Shown here: positions 25,711-39,520 of the stretch, one piece after another
Numbering within the stretch: the first letter of the stretch is position 1
Layout: the number at the start of each line of letters is the position of its first letter
DNA from: Lama glama
Taxonomy: Eukaryota
DNA length: 64,000 nucleotides
Assembly: GCA_028534125.1 (NCBI GenBank)
Contig: CM052816.1
Span: 48,176,001 to 48,240,000 of the forward strand
Direction of reading: 5' to 3'
Translations under genes and position numbers: made by a program
Notes under the pieces: generated by a model
Seen by the model: the letters and a program-made list of their open reading frames with translations, nothing else
What the model was told of the DNA's origin: nothing
Databases searched by the model: none

Positions 25711-27519
25711 GAAAAAGAGAGGCATGAAGAAACAAGTGTTAATATCAGAAAAAATGATAAAATTATAAAAGTTATTTTGTTCCAAATACTCAATACAAAC
25801 CTCCTAACATTAGCAAATAGATAAATGTAATAAATATATAAGCACAGTAATAGCATTTTATACACCAGCAATAACTAACCCAAGGAGATAATGATAAATG
25901 TCTTATAGTGATAAAGAATGTATTTTTGTTTGAAAAAAAACACTTGCTTTTTAGGGAAGATAAATAATCTGTCAAATGATAGAAGGAAAATTTATTTACT
26001 ATTAAACATAAGCATTTCCAATTAGAAATTATACCAAGATAATGAGATGTAAGTATCACATACAAAAGGTGTATCCATTAATTCAGTTTTAGAATCAAAT
26101 TATCCTTCATGAATAATTTAAACCTATATTCCTGGAATAGTGATGTAAAATCATTACATTTTTTAAGTATTAAATATAAAGCTAAAGATGTACCATTATT
26201 TGGTTTTCAATAGATTTGCTATTAGATAATTTGAAATGATGGAATTGCTTTGAAAACATCAAATAAACAAGCTTTTCTGTTGGGCCGTTTTTAATTCAAA
26301 ATGTTTCTTAGTCATATGCAGTATAAGTAACTATTATTGTGAGTTTAATCAATGGAATATAATCATCAAAACAGAAAATTCAAGGTACTATGATTTTTAA
26401 ATTTATACTATTGTAAAACAGAACAAAACAGTGTCTTCAAAAGTTATTATATTGAAAACTAAGGTCATTCAGATTTGTTTTACTACACCTATCTTGAATA
26501 ACTGATAATTCTCTTATCTAAAACATTTCAATTTTGAAATAAGTATTTGAATGATGTATAAATCAGGCAATCTTCATGAAGCATAGTTTCTCTGTAAATA
26601 TGTTCTAATGAATATATGAAACAATAAATTTAGTGCTTCCACTTTGGGGATTGTATATATAAGAGAAAGACAATACAAAGAAAACATTTGCTGACAAACT
26701 CTTGAACTATTTCTCATTAATTTATGAAGAAAATTAAGTTAAACAGTAGTCTTTAAATGTAGATTTATTGTGTAACTCCAGTACAAAAGGAAACAAATCA
26801 GGGTATGTTTTCTTTGTGATGAGGATTATTGCATTGTAAAAGAAAATTACTGGTCTTATACTTTTGTGAGAAGTTTAATATTCTGTTTTTCCTTTGGATG
26901 GTAGATTTCAAGATAACAAATGTAGTATTAACACTGGCAAAAAAATTGAGTACAATTCCTTAATGTGTTTTTTGCATAAGTAAAATTATTATAAAATTTT
27001 TGTATATAATTTAATATCATTAAGATAGTGGTGTCACATCATTATTTCAAGCAATATATGGTGATATTAACCTTATCAATAAAAAATAAAAGTAGGCTGA
27101 CATGGAGCTCTGGGTCTGAAAAAAGAAATATCTGCTGTTTGTCAGGAATCAGCTGTATGCACCAAGTTGCTCAGTTTTGAAAACATATATTCCACCCAGG
27201 AGGAAGTTAACAGTGGTTGATAGTTCACACAACCCTGAGATCAGTTTGTAAAATGAACAAGGGATAATCAAGCAGTGGCTCAAATACTAGTAAGTATCCC
27301 TGAGAGAAGAGCATCTACAGATCATCAAGTCTTCAATCCATTATCTACCACCAACACTACAATCTTTGAAAAAACTCTTGGAGATTTTCTATCTAATTGA
27401 ACAAATGAGGATTTTTGAATATATAATCTAGAGTTTTTGCACACACATGCACTCACACACACACACCCATATATACTAAATTTCTTGTAACTAATTCCAT
27501 GGTTTGATGCAAAGTGTCC

Positions 27520-27800
27520 TATATTCTTTCTTTTTCCTGGTCAACAAATACTGAGCCCTTACAAGTACCAGACTCCATATTAGGTGCTGCGCTCAAGGAG
27601 TTCAAATGCTAATAAATACATCCATAGCAGATTTGCCTCTATGAAGCTTTTAGTTTCAAAGGAATTCAAATATTTAACCAATAATTATCTAACTAATGAA
27701 TTAATTATGTTACTTTTTGGAGGAAGTAAAAAGTTTCAACTCTAGTAATTAAATAAACAATTAATAAATAATGTAACAATTGTGACAAATGCTCTGTGGA
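27520..27800 (-). mobile_element. L2 3' fragment
   Basis: TCAACAAATACTGAGCCCTTACAAGTACCAGACTCCATATTAGGTGCTG...TTGCCTCTATGAAGCTT. Confidence 0.6.
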
Positions 27801-28998
27801 AAGACAGTGAGATTAAAAAAAAAACTGAATGAACAGATCCTATTCTCATTATTAAAAAGCTTGATCTCTAATGTAATTTCAGAAATGGAATCCATTGATT
27901 ATTTTATGCTTCTTATTGGTGTAATGAATTTTTAATATTTCTCTAAAGAGATTCATAGTTAAGATGGAATAAAAAATAAATATAACAATAATATGTATAT
28001 GCCGTATATTAAAGAAATTAGATCGGGCATACCTCAGGTTTAAGGATGATTGCAGGTGTACATCCATAGTTAGACTTTGCATGAGGAAAATTGTTAAAGA
28101 AATACAGTACAGAGATCTTTAGATAATATCTTCCAAAGAAGCAGATGAAAACTTGATTAAGTGTTGGAAAAAATAGAATCTGGTTCTATATTTAATTTAA
28201 TTTTAAAACTTGGACAACATTTGTTTAAATCAAATTTTGACTTTTTTCACATTCATCGTGTGAATGGGGCTATTGAATTCTAGATGTATGATAATCACTG
28301 AATGTCTTTAGACAAACTAATTTTTAATTTGTTAATCAAAAGTAGAGTATTTCCCCTCTAGGTAATAAATGAAATTGAGGGTAGAACTTTCAAAATGAAC
28401 TGGTGCAGTTTCTTTTTGATTCAGACTTTAGTTTTCCATTAAGAACAAACTGATCTTCTATATTTTTAATATACTGAGGACTGGTACAAACCCTGATGTG
28501 CTCAGTCAGAAGGAAATGAATTTGACTGCCAGGTCCACTGAAGAGTCAAGGTTTAAAGGCATAAGAATAAAGAGTTTGAAAATATCAAGATGTTGGTAAG
28601 AGAACATATTTGTATTGCTCTTTAGCAGTACACTCTAGTGGAAATACAACTAAAGAAAACCAAGTTTTGCAACTTCCCATGCTTTCTGATATCTGGATGT
28701 TTAAGAAATACATAGAGACATTAAGAAATTAATCAAAGGATTCTGACAAAATAAGCCCTTAATTTTATTATATAAAAAAAGAAACCAGTCAAAGGATAGT
28801 AATGAATTAAATTTATATTTTAATAAATGACCTATCTTGAGTCATGTATGTGTCTAATTATTAATACATTATTAATATTAGATCCTGTATTTTTGTATTG
28901 TGAGGAACAATATTTATTAATTTAATAATAATAATTATATATGTTATAAATGTTCTATTTATATACTTTAACAAAATATTATATAGTGAGGTGGATGT

Positions 28999-29030
<32 letters not shown>

Positions 29031-29042
29031 GCATATATATAT
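28999..29042. repeat. (TA)n microsatellite
   Basis: Perfect TA run followed by short CA/TA units. Confidence 0.9.
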
Positions 29043-29576
29043 TAAGATTGGTAGTACATAAAAGAAAACAAATAGATGAGGTGATAAATAAAGTATTGGA
29101 GAATTAACAAAATAAATAAATATATCTTCAAATCAAAAAAATAATCCTTAAATAGGTCTGGCATGGTAGCTCCACAGAATTATTAGGACCAAATTTCCCT
29201 TTATCTTTGTGTTCTGCCTGAAGTGTGTCTTTTCATCCTGGTTATTACTTCTTTGTTCAGGTGACTGTTGGATTCCATGCTGATACATACCTAGCTACTT
29301 CTTAAGCAGAAGGGAGAAAAAGGGAGGCAAAAAAACCCCAGCCTCCAAGTTGTCTTATCCCTATAGGATACTTCCCACGAGTTCCACATAATTTCTCTTA
29401 TCACTATTTAAGCAGAAATGTTAAGCAGAAACTGGTCAGATGACCACAAACAGCTGCAAGGCACACTGGGAAATACAATTTAGTTTCATTCAACTGAGCA
29501 CTTTGCCTAAGATACTGTTCTAGAATAAAAAATTAAAGTATTAAATGTGGGTAGGCAACTATCAGTCTTTGTCACA
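29040..29576 (-). mobile_element. MaLR solo LTR, MLT1J-like
   Basis: GGCATGGTAGCTCCAC...CAGAAACTGGTCAGATGACCAC...AGCTGCAAGG...CTGGGAAAT...GGGTAGGCAAC...TGTCACA. Confidence 0.75.
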
Positions 29577-29794
29577 GTACTATAATTTATAATCTCTTCC
29601 TCTCTCCCTCATTTTCTTCCTCTCTTCCTCACTCCTTTCTCAGCAAATGAAAAGATAGAGATGAAAAAATCCAAATGACTGGCTCAAGATTATATGACTA
29701 ATTATTCTCATTTCACGTTCTATGCCTTTTTAACTATTCCATTTCATTTAAAATAAAACAAAAGGTTACTTGAGATTAAAAATAAACACTGCAT

Positions 29795-32125
29795 AGCATT
29801 AATCCATTTGAATTAACTTTTTCTGTGCAGTGTGAGATAAGTGCCCAATTTCATTATCTGCATATGAATATCCGGTTTTCATAATACCATTTACTGAACA
29901 GACTATCCTTTCCACATTGGGTATATTGGTGCCTATGACAAAGATTAGTTCACTATTATATGTCTGGATTTCTTTCTTTGTTCCCTATTCTGTGTCATTG
30001 GTCTATGTGTCTAATTTCATGCAATACCATACCTTTTTGATTACTGTAGCTTTGTAACACAATTTGAAATCAGGAAGTTCGATACCTTTAATTTTGTTCT
30101 TCTTGCTCAAGGTTGCTTTAGCTATTATGGATCTTGGTTTCCATACAAGTTTTAGGATTTTGTTTTCTATTTTTGTGAAAAATGCCACTGAATTTTAGTA
30201 GGGATTGCATTGAATATGTACAGTGCTTTGGGTAGCATGGACATTTTAACAATATTAAACAATTTTAATATTAAAATTTAATAGTTAAAAATTATATTTG
30301 AAAATATAAAATATCCATGAATGTAGGATATCTATCCATCTATTTATGTCTTTTTCAATTGCTTTCATCAATGTTTATAGTTTCTAGTTTATAGATCTTT
30401 CATCTCCTTGATAAAATTTATTCCTAAGTATGTTATTCTTTTTGACACTATTGCAAATGGGATCATTTTATTTGTTTTTTGTTTTTTTTTTTTGGCTTGT
30501 TCATTGTTAGTGTACAGCAATACAATTGATGATTATATGTTGATTTTTGTATCCTGCAATTTTACTGAGTTTGTTTATTATAGTTTTAACAGTGTTTTGA
30601 TGGAGATTTTAGGGTTTTCTATGTATAAGATCATGTCATCACCAAAAGAGACAATTTAACTTTTTCTTTTCCAAGTTGGATGCCTTTCATACCTTTTCTT
30701 GCCTTATTTCTCTACCTAGGACTTGCAGTACTATGCTGAATAGAAGTGGTGAGAGTGAGCAGCTTGTCTTATTCCAGCCCTTAGAGTAATAGATTTCAGC
30801 TTTTCACCTTCAAGTATGATGTTAGCAGCAGACTTAACACATATGACACTTACTATATTGAGGTATATTCTTTGTATATCTAATTTGCTGAGTTTTTGTC
30901 ATGACAGGATATTGAGTTTTGTCAAATACTTTTTCCTGCAACTATTGAGTTGATTATATGATTTTAATCCTTCATTTTGTTAATGTGGTGTGTTACACTG
31001 GTTAATTTGTGTTGCTTGAACTATCATTGATCCTAGGGATAATTCCCACTTGCTCATGCTATATGATCTTTTTAATGTGCTGCTAAATTTCAGTTTCCTA
31101 GTATTTTTGTTGAAGTTTTTGCATCTATGTTCATCTTGGGTATTGGCTTCTAACTTTCTTTTCTTCTGATATCCTTGTGTGGTTTTAAGGATGGGGGTAA
31201 TGCTGGACTCATAAAATGAGTTTAGAAGTATTCCATTCTTTTCTCTCTATATATTTTTAAGAGTTTGAGGAGGATTGGTATTCATTCTTCTTTGAATGTT
31301 TGGTAGAATTCACCAGTGAAGCTGTCTGGTCCTGGACTTTTGTTTGTTGGGAGGTTTTTGATTAATGATTCAATCTCCTTACTAATAATTGATCTGTTCA
31401 CATTTTCTGTTTCTTCATGATTCAGTCTTGGTTGGCTGTATGGTTTCTGGAATTTATCTTATTTTTCTAGGTTATCCAATTTGTTGGCGTATGACTGTTC
31501 ATAGTAATCGCTTATGATCCTTTTTATTTGTGTGGCATCAGTTGTAACACCTCTTTCATTTCTGATTTGTTTATTTGAGTCATCTCTTTTTTCTTAATCA
31601 GCTAAAGATTTCTCTATTTTATCTTAAAAAAACAGCTCTTAGTTTTGCTGATTTTTTCTATTGTTTTTCTAATTTCTATTTGTATCATTTCTGTTCTCAC
31701 TTCTGTTTTTTCTTTCCTATGCTAACTCTGGATTTAGTTTATTCTTTTTTCAGTTCATTGAGGTGTAAAGCTAGGTAGTTTATTTGAGACTATTCTTTTT
31801 TCCTAATGTAGGAATTTATTGCTATAAACTTCTTCTTGAAACCACTTTTGTTGTAACCCATACATTTTGGCATACTGTGTTTCCATTTTTGTTTGTTTCA
31901 AGATATTTTTTATTTCATTTTTGTTTTTTGTTTTTTTTTGACTCACTGGTTGTTCAGGAATGTGTTATTCAATTACCACATATTTGTGAAGTTTTCAGTT
32001 TTCCTCCTGCCATGTGGTCAGAAATAATAGTTGATATAATTTCAATCTTCTTGAATTTGTTAAGATTTGTTTTGAGACCTAATATATAATCTATCCTGGA
32101 GAATGTTCCACGTCACTTTGAGCAG
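29795..32125 (-). mobile_element. L1 ORF2 segment (L1M/L1MA-like), both ends truncated
   Basis: ORF 30003-30188 ([49 protein letters not shown]) is a degenerate L1 ORF2 segment; continuous similarity extends to TCTATCCTGGAGAATGTTCCA. Confidence 0.95.
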
Positions 32126-32454
32126 AATAGATATTAATTATCTACACATCCATTTATTTATGTAAGCATTATGAAACATCATATTAGATGTTTCAGACCT
32201 TCAAATATTAGGAAATTGGATAACACTAATTCTTCAGTAGTATGTAAAATACATATTTCAAATAATTTACTGTATCATGTAATTTTACTTGTGTCAATAT
32301 GGGGGAAATAACCCTGCAGAGTTAAAAAATTTCCAAAATTGATAAACAACATTATTTGGTGAGTTAAAAAAATTACACAATTACATCTTTGGATGATAGG
32401 TACACTGCCTTAATCTTACCAGACTATAAAGTTAATGAGCATTCCAGAGAGCCT

Positions 32455-33012
32455 CCCACATTCCTGACACCAACTGCCAAGTTCAGAGGTTCCCAAGACC
32501 ACCCTTCATTATAATAATTCACTAAAAGGACACTCAGAACTCACTGAAAGGTATTATATTCATGGTTACAGTTTATACAGTAAAAGGATAAAGACTAAAA
32601 TCAGCCAAGGCAAGAAATGCATGGAATAAGAGTCCAGAAAAGTTCTGCTTCCAGTTGTCTTTGTCTTGTGGAGTCATGAACAGTGTTAACTTTCCTGACA
32701 ATGAAGCCTGACAATATGCACGCAGTACTTGCAACCAAATAAGCTTTCCCAGCATTGGTGTCCAGGATTTACTGAGGTTCAATCATGTAGAGACTGTTGA
32801 CTGTTTATGTGGCTGACCTTTAGTCTTTAGCCCCTCTAAAGATGGATCAGATACCACATCAACAAAAACATCCACCATAAGTCACATTTTTAGACTATCC
32901 TGTGTGGCATCAAGGCTCCCAGGAAGATATTATTATCTTGTATGACAGGTGGGGCTTAAAGCTGAGGGCAAATCTAGATCTCTCTATGGCAAAGGTTAAA
33001 TTCTTTACTACA
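32455..33012 (-). mobile_element. ERV LTR, MER21C-like
   Basis: CCCAAGACCACCC...CAGAACTCACTGAAAG...AAAATCAGCCAAGGCAAGA...GGCAAAGGTTAAATTCTTTACTACA. Confidence 0.85.
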
Positions 33013-34129
33013 CACACACACACTTTATTTGGGAAAGGAAATAAAAATAATTCTTACTTCTTTCTCATAGATGCAAGTACTTATTTTTTAGACATAGAAC
33101 AGGCTCATATTTCATTCTACTGATTTTTTTTTTGAAAAAATGATTAAGAGAATGGGATAGGGCTTTTTATGAGTTTTTATGTAGAAAAAGAAGGAATGTG
33201 ATTTATACTAATGTCAATTTTGTGCTTAGAAAGCAATTAAACATTCTTAAAATCCTAAATAAAAACCTAGGATTATGCACAATTCAACTTCTGAGGTTGG
33301 GATTTCAGCTTTAAATTTATAGTGTGTGGAATGAAACAGACTGTAAAAAGTGTGTACCATATACAGCAAATAAGAAAAATGTTATGAAGTTCAGACTCAT
33401 AGTGACTAACTATAGTTCTGTTGGTTACAAATGTGACAGGAAAGAAAAATATACTGCCAACCAGATTTTAGTTTTTCAACTCCTTAGTTCTCCATCTCGC
33501 AAACTGAGAAATATATTTTGCTATTTTTGATTTAACCATAGTTGATGGAACTAAGGAATAGCTCCTTTCCCCCACAGTGAAAGTAATGATTTATTTAATG
33601 TATTTTTCCTCTGGTTGACTGAGTGGATTTGAGGAATGAATGGAAATTTGTATACTGCATTCTTTAAAATGTATAGCTCCTGACACTAAAAAGAAACAGA
33701 ATAAATAATATTTGCAAGTGTTTCATAAATGAATACAACAGCAAAGCAATAATTTGCAGTATTTTCTTCTTGATTAATAAAAAGGACATATATATTTCTG
33801 AAAATACATTTAAACTTAGCCACAATTTTTTAGCAGCAGAAATGACTTAGAAACTGTTAATTTATTTAGGAATTACGATGTTTAAATGATGGGGAAAAAA
33901 AGGGTGTACTGACTACAGAGAGTATATAAAAACTTTAATCTTTACAAACCAAAGAGCCAAGAGCCAATTGAAGAAAATAAAGTATCTACAAAACGATTGC
34001 TTCATAAACAACATCAAATATAAGATGTACAGATTTTTTTTCTATTACATTTCTTAATGACAGAAAAATCAGGGTAAATGTTTGGCATAATACTTTAAAT
34101 GTTTAGTATAAGACAGATAAGGTGGCTAT

Positions 34130-35330
34130 ATTGACATTTTGATTTATTTTTAAGCAGGTACATCTGATTGTGGAAAAAAAAGGAAAATACAGATAAGGAA
34201 AAAAATCAGCACTCAGGGATAAACAATGCTACCAATTTAGGCTTTTACATGTTTATATTCCTCTTTGTGTGTAATGAAATATTATTTTAATTGTGTTGGG
34301 CAAAACATTTTATCACTATTATATGACAACTTTATACATTATTAAATACATATCTGTTTAATCAATCTCCTATTTAAAAATGTTAAGTTACTTGCTAATA
34401 TTAACAATGATTCAATTAGTATATTTACACATTATCTTTTTTCACTTTCCTTTGAGGAAGGTTTTTCATGTAGTATTCCCAATGGTTTATTGATGTTTAC
34501 ACATTTATATATTGTTCTTTTAAACTTGTATCAACTCTATTATTAAAATTTTGATACTATTTCATACCTACAAGTGTGTTTTTCTCAATTTTCCTTTGTG
34601 TTAAATTTTGTTTATGATGGTTTTAACACATTAAAACTTTGTATTTTCATTTAGATAAATTTACCAATATCTTGTTTATGGTGTTGCGTTAGTTCTTATG
34701 ATTAGAAAAAACTCAATTTTATGTTTCCATTAAAATTCTTTAACTTATCCTTTTTTCCTACTCACATACATAATGGATTTTAATGTGTCTAAGAAATTTA
34801 AAATGAATTTATCTAACTGGGTTCTATTGGAATATAAAACATAATTTTTATGTCCCCCTTGTAGCCTATCACCATAATAACTAATTAAATGCTCTTATCA
34901 TTTATAATAATCTCCTTCCTTCAAACCCCACTGGTAGACTCTTACAGATTTTCCAGATAGTGAATAACAACATATTATAGACAATGATAATTTTAAAACT
35001 CCTTCCTTTTAGTTTTATATCTTAATGCAGTTTCTTGTTTCCTAACACTTTCCCAAATAAGATTCAAGTTTCCCAAGTGTGAAGAATGTATATACTTGTT
35101 TATCTTGATATCCTCAGCAACGAAATAATCATTCTTCAAATATTACTGGAGGAACTGATGTATGTGTTCAAATGAAAGTGGTGTGTGTGGATTTCTTATA
35201 TTCTTCCTGATATTATCAGAACTTCTCTCCGTGTTTTGCCCAGTTGGATTTAGAATTGTTATGTATTAAGTTTTACTTCTTATCTGCTGTTTCCTACCTT
35301 TTTTGAACGATAATGTCCATATTCATTTCT
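34130..35330 (-). mobile_element. Highly decayed L1ME-type fragments
   Basis: T-rich with scattered L1 motifs (TTTAATCAATCTCCTATT, GACTCTTACAGATTTTCCAG, ACAATGATAATTTT). Confidence 0.45.
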
Positions 35331-35344
35331 GGTATTCTTCTCAG

Positions 35345-35545
35345 TTCTTTAAATTTAATAACTCAGTTTTCACAACAGCCCTATAAGGAAGGTTTTATTA
35401 TGACTCATGTTTTTAGATGAGTAAACTGAGCATATGTAACTTTGTCAAAGATCACATATCTAGTAAGAGGCAGATCTAATATCTGAAATCTGGCAAGCAG
35501 GCTACAGAATATATGTACTTAATCCTTATATGACCCTGGCTCACA
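35345..35545 (-). mobile_element. MIR SINE
   Basis: TCACAACAGCCCTATAAGG...TTTTAGATGAGTAAACTGAG...GTAACTTTGTCAAAGATCACATATCTAGTAAG. Confidence 0.85.
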
Positions 35546-35664
35546 CTTACTTTTCTAATTAAAATAATTGAAATTTTGGTATTTTTCTTTGATCTTAGAT
35601 TCATTCAGAAAAGTATTTTCTTAAATTATGCTACTTATTGTTATATTATTTCAGATGTTAAAAG

Positions 35665-36870
35665 AAAGGCAGCTTTAATGAGGTTTAATTTATGTGCTAT
35701 AAAGTTCACTCATTTTCTGTGTAGAGTTTAAGTTTTAGTAAGTTTATACAATTGTGCTGCCACTGCAATACAGTTTTAGATCATTTCTCTTACCCAGGCA
35801 AATGTTCCTCATGCTCATTTTCTGTCCATCTTGCCCCAAACCTGGATCCAGGCTACTACTTATATGTCTTCTACCTGTATAGTTTTGCTTATTCAATAAA
35901 TTTCACATACACATAACCATACAATTTATAGTCTTTTTGGTTTGGTTTCCTTCACTTAGTATGTTGTTTTGAGATTCATCCATGTCATTACATTTAATAA
36001 TACTTGCATAGGTTGACTTCAGTAAGACAGAATGAGGAACTCTGATATTCCATTCTTTAATGAAACTGGTGAAATTTATATATATATATATGACTATGGT
36101 GACGATCATATATATCTATGAATATATTAAAAACCATTGACTTGTATATTTTAAATGGATTAACTGTATGTTATATGAGTTATGTATCAATGATTAGGTG
36201 TTTAAAAAGGAGTAACACTGTTTCTTTTTATTAAGGACATGTATCATATTGGACAGATATCACACAAATGTGTTTATCTATTAACTAGTTAATGGACATT
36301 TGCTTGTTTCTAATTCTAAACTATTATGAGTAATACTTCTATGAACATTAACTCAAATCTTTGAGCAGATATAAATTTTCATTTCTTTTAGTTAAACACC
36401 TAAAGGTCAGATCTCTGGGACAAATAACAGGTATATGTTTAACATTTTAAGAGGCTGTCAAACTATTTTCTAAAGTACTTATATTCACTAGCAAATGTAT
36501 GAGTCTTTCAGTTCTTTCATATCCTTGCCAAAACTTGGTATAATCAGTTTTATATTTAATTTTAGCCATTCTAGTTGATGTTAGTAGTATATTATTGTTT
36601 TAATTTGCATTTCTTTAGCATTAATAATATTGAGCAACTTTACATATGCATATTAAACATTTGTATATCATATTTGTTTCTTCAAACATATGGTCCATTT
36701 CAAAAATTAGGCTAAATTTTTTCGTATTGCGTTTTAAGACTTCTTTCTATATTCTGGTCACAAGATTTTTATCAGATGTATATTTTGCATTTTTTTCCCC
36801 AATCTGTAGCTTATTTTCATCTTTTTAATGGTATCACATAGAGGAAAAGTTTTTAATTGTGATAATTCAG
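35665..36870 (-). mobile_element. L1MB/L1ME 3' end, with an opposite-strand L1 3' fragment near 36090-36195
   Basis: AGCTTTAATGAGGTTTAATTTA, TTCCTTCACTTAGTATGTTGTTTTGAGATTCATCCATGT, TTTTAGCCATTCTAG, TTAATTTGCATTTCTTT. Inner + strand piece TGAATATATTAAAAACCATTGACTTGTATATTTTAAATGG. Confidence 0.8.
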
Positions 36871-39394
36871 AGGCACTTTGGGGGAAGGAAAGTCAATATA
36901 TATGCTAAAATTTAGTGTTAAATAAAAATCTATAATTTTAATAATATTCTGAATATATTAACTAAGCAGATTCTCTGATTGTACTATACCTGTAAGAATA
37001 GGAGACCGGTGAGAAAATCCCTGAATCTGCTAATTGGCAGTATTTATGATCACAACATTGAAATTTTCCTCCATAGCTAACTGCTTAACAAGTCTTCAAC
37101 TGATAAGTGGTTGTATAAAGCACAAAGAGAATTTGAAAAGTTCTGAAAATTGAGAGTATTTCATTAGCTTTGATTCTCTGAAAACATCTCTATCATGTTG
37201 GACGATTGAAATGTAAAGAGTATCAGAAAATACTTCAACCTTAAAATACTGAAATGTCAACCATCTAGTTATTAGCATCAGTCTTAACCCAGCATCTTCC
37301 TTAAATGAATATTACAAATGTGTAAATAGATGAATGGATGGTGGTCACATAAGTAACACACAAATTCTGAAGTACTTAGTATGTCTATTGAACCACTTGA
37401 ATGAGATAGGCATGAAAATGAAGTCAGGTATGTAATTGAGACTTATTTTTCATATTTTCTAAAAGTACTATTCAGTGGGTTTTCTCTTTGAATGCCAACT
37501 CTGTTCACAGTTCTGTATATGATTAGTTTTGATGTTACTCAGTTGCAACTGCTATTCAAGAGCCATAAAGAACTATCAGAGGATTGGAAAAGCAAATGAG
37601 GCAATGATTCTTCAAGAAGGATGAAAAAGGGACTAATTGATGCAATTATCTTAGAAAGTTGGATTTCATCTGCAAGAAATAATATTATATTCTCTAAGTG
37701 GGCAACGAGCCACGACTTTGAAGTCACATACAGAAAACTCCTTCATAGTGGTATTGATTTTCCATAAGCCAATGCTCTGAAATATAAAGTTCACTAATTC
37801 TATATAATGTTTAATTATTAGAATGAGAATATAACATTGATACTAATTTGTATAATTACATCAACACTGATTCTGTAAACTTGGTTGCTTACAGCACTAG
37901 GTGATGTAGTAAATTGAAAGCTAACATCCATTCATAATGTCCTAAACACTATCACTTAATATAAACTGGATTTATATATTAAAATACCTTTTTTACTAAT
38001 TTATTCTCTAAAGATCTAAGATCCTTTAAGACAAGGGGAAAGTAGTTTCTGATCACATATATTTACCTGTATTATGACACTCTTATACTAGGTCATCTTT
38101 CTTTTCTTTCTCATGAGAAGTTTATAATATAATTAATTAACAATTTCTAATATCTAATAGATATTATCTTTCAAATAAAAAATAATATATTGTGTTAATG
38201 CTGTGTGAGACACATTATATCTATTATAGGTTACTAAATTATTGTGGAATGTATATCTCTGTAACATATTAATGCCATTTATCTAGGTACTGAGACTATT
38301 TGATACTTGGTGAATCTGTAAATTAATAGCATTTGTTAACTTATTGCATTAATAAACAATTTTTCATAGTATAGATTTTAAACTATTAATTTTAAAATTA
38401 ATTACACAATTCTAGTATTCTCTCTAAATGTTGTTAGTTGTTTATATGGAGAATTGATCAATGTAGACCATATTTCATTTCATTTTTTAACTCAAGACTT
38501 GGACAGAAATGCTAAAATCCAGTTACGCATCAATGCCTTTCATAGAGCTATTGCTTTCTGATTGTTGGTGGTCATCTCTTGAAATGACTTTTTAAATGAA
38601 ATTTTTAATATGAAATTGAAAGAATGTGAATATAATATAGAGAATACTGATTTGATCTTTAATAAGTCTAGCTGAAATAAACTATGACATGTTCTTGTAT
38701 CTTACTAAACTCCACTTTAGTGATATCACCAAGTGCAATCTTGGTAATTCTGTCATGGTTTCTTCAGATGAAAATGATCTCTGAAAAATGTTGACTGGAT
38801 AGTCCTGTGTACTCTTTGTTACACAATATATTTTGTAAAAATACTTTTGATTCACCTGGGTCACTGGTATCATTTAAATATATCTTCTTTATATACGAAT
38901 AAAAACTAATCTTTCTTATCTGGCCTGATTTCAGAAGCAATAATAAATCTCTAGGCTGTGAAGATTTTAAGACATTGAATGTTGACTGTGCCCTTTAAAA
39001 ATGCATTTCCCACTTGTTTCTTTGATCATGTTTCAAAAATAAATTTCAAATTCCAAAAATAATGAAATACGCATATAAAAACAGGTGTTTCATGCCTTTC
39101 CTTGTCCTTGTGAGGTATTACAAGGCTAATGCATTTGATTTTTCCTCTAGAGCACAGTAGTACAGGCATAATTAAATAGAATACCTGTCATCTGTTTCTT
39201 TCTCTTAATATAAAATCAGAAATGGAGTCTTGGCAAATAGTCCAAATAGCAGAATTAACCTTTATAACATAGGTAATTTCCTCAGTGTGTTCTATTGATA
39301 TTGTACATAAAACATAATGAGGTACTAAAATTTTAATTATCACTTGATCACATTTAGTTTTGAAATATAAAAGGACATTCATTTTAAAATTTAA

Positions 39395-39520
39395 AAAATT
39401 TTACTTCTCTAAAATTAAATATAAATAAATGGAAAGTGATATTATGTTTATGGATTGAAAGATTTAAAGTTGTTAAGGTGTTAATTCTCTAAATTGTCTA
39501 TAAATTCAATTTAGTCCTAA
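39395..39520 (+). mobile_element. Old L1 ORF2 fragment
   Basis: AAATAAATGGAAAGTGATATTATGTTTATGGATTGAAAGATTTAA...GTTAAGGTG...ATAAATTCAAT. Confidence 0.6.

Noticed and set aside
37096..37770. Several protein-like open frames on both strands
   Set aside because: No known homology, interrupted by stops and no consistent splice structure.
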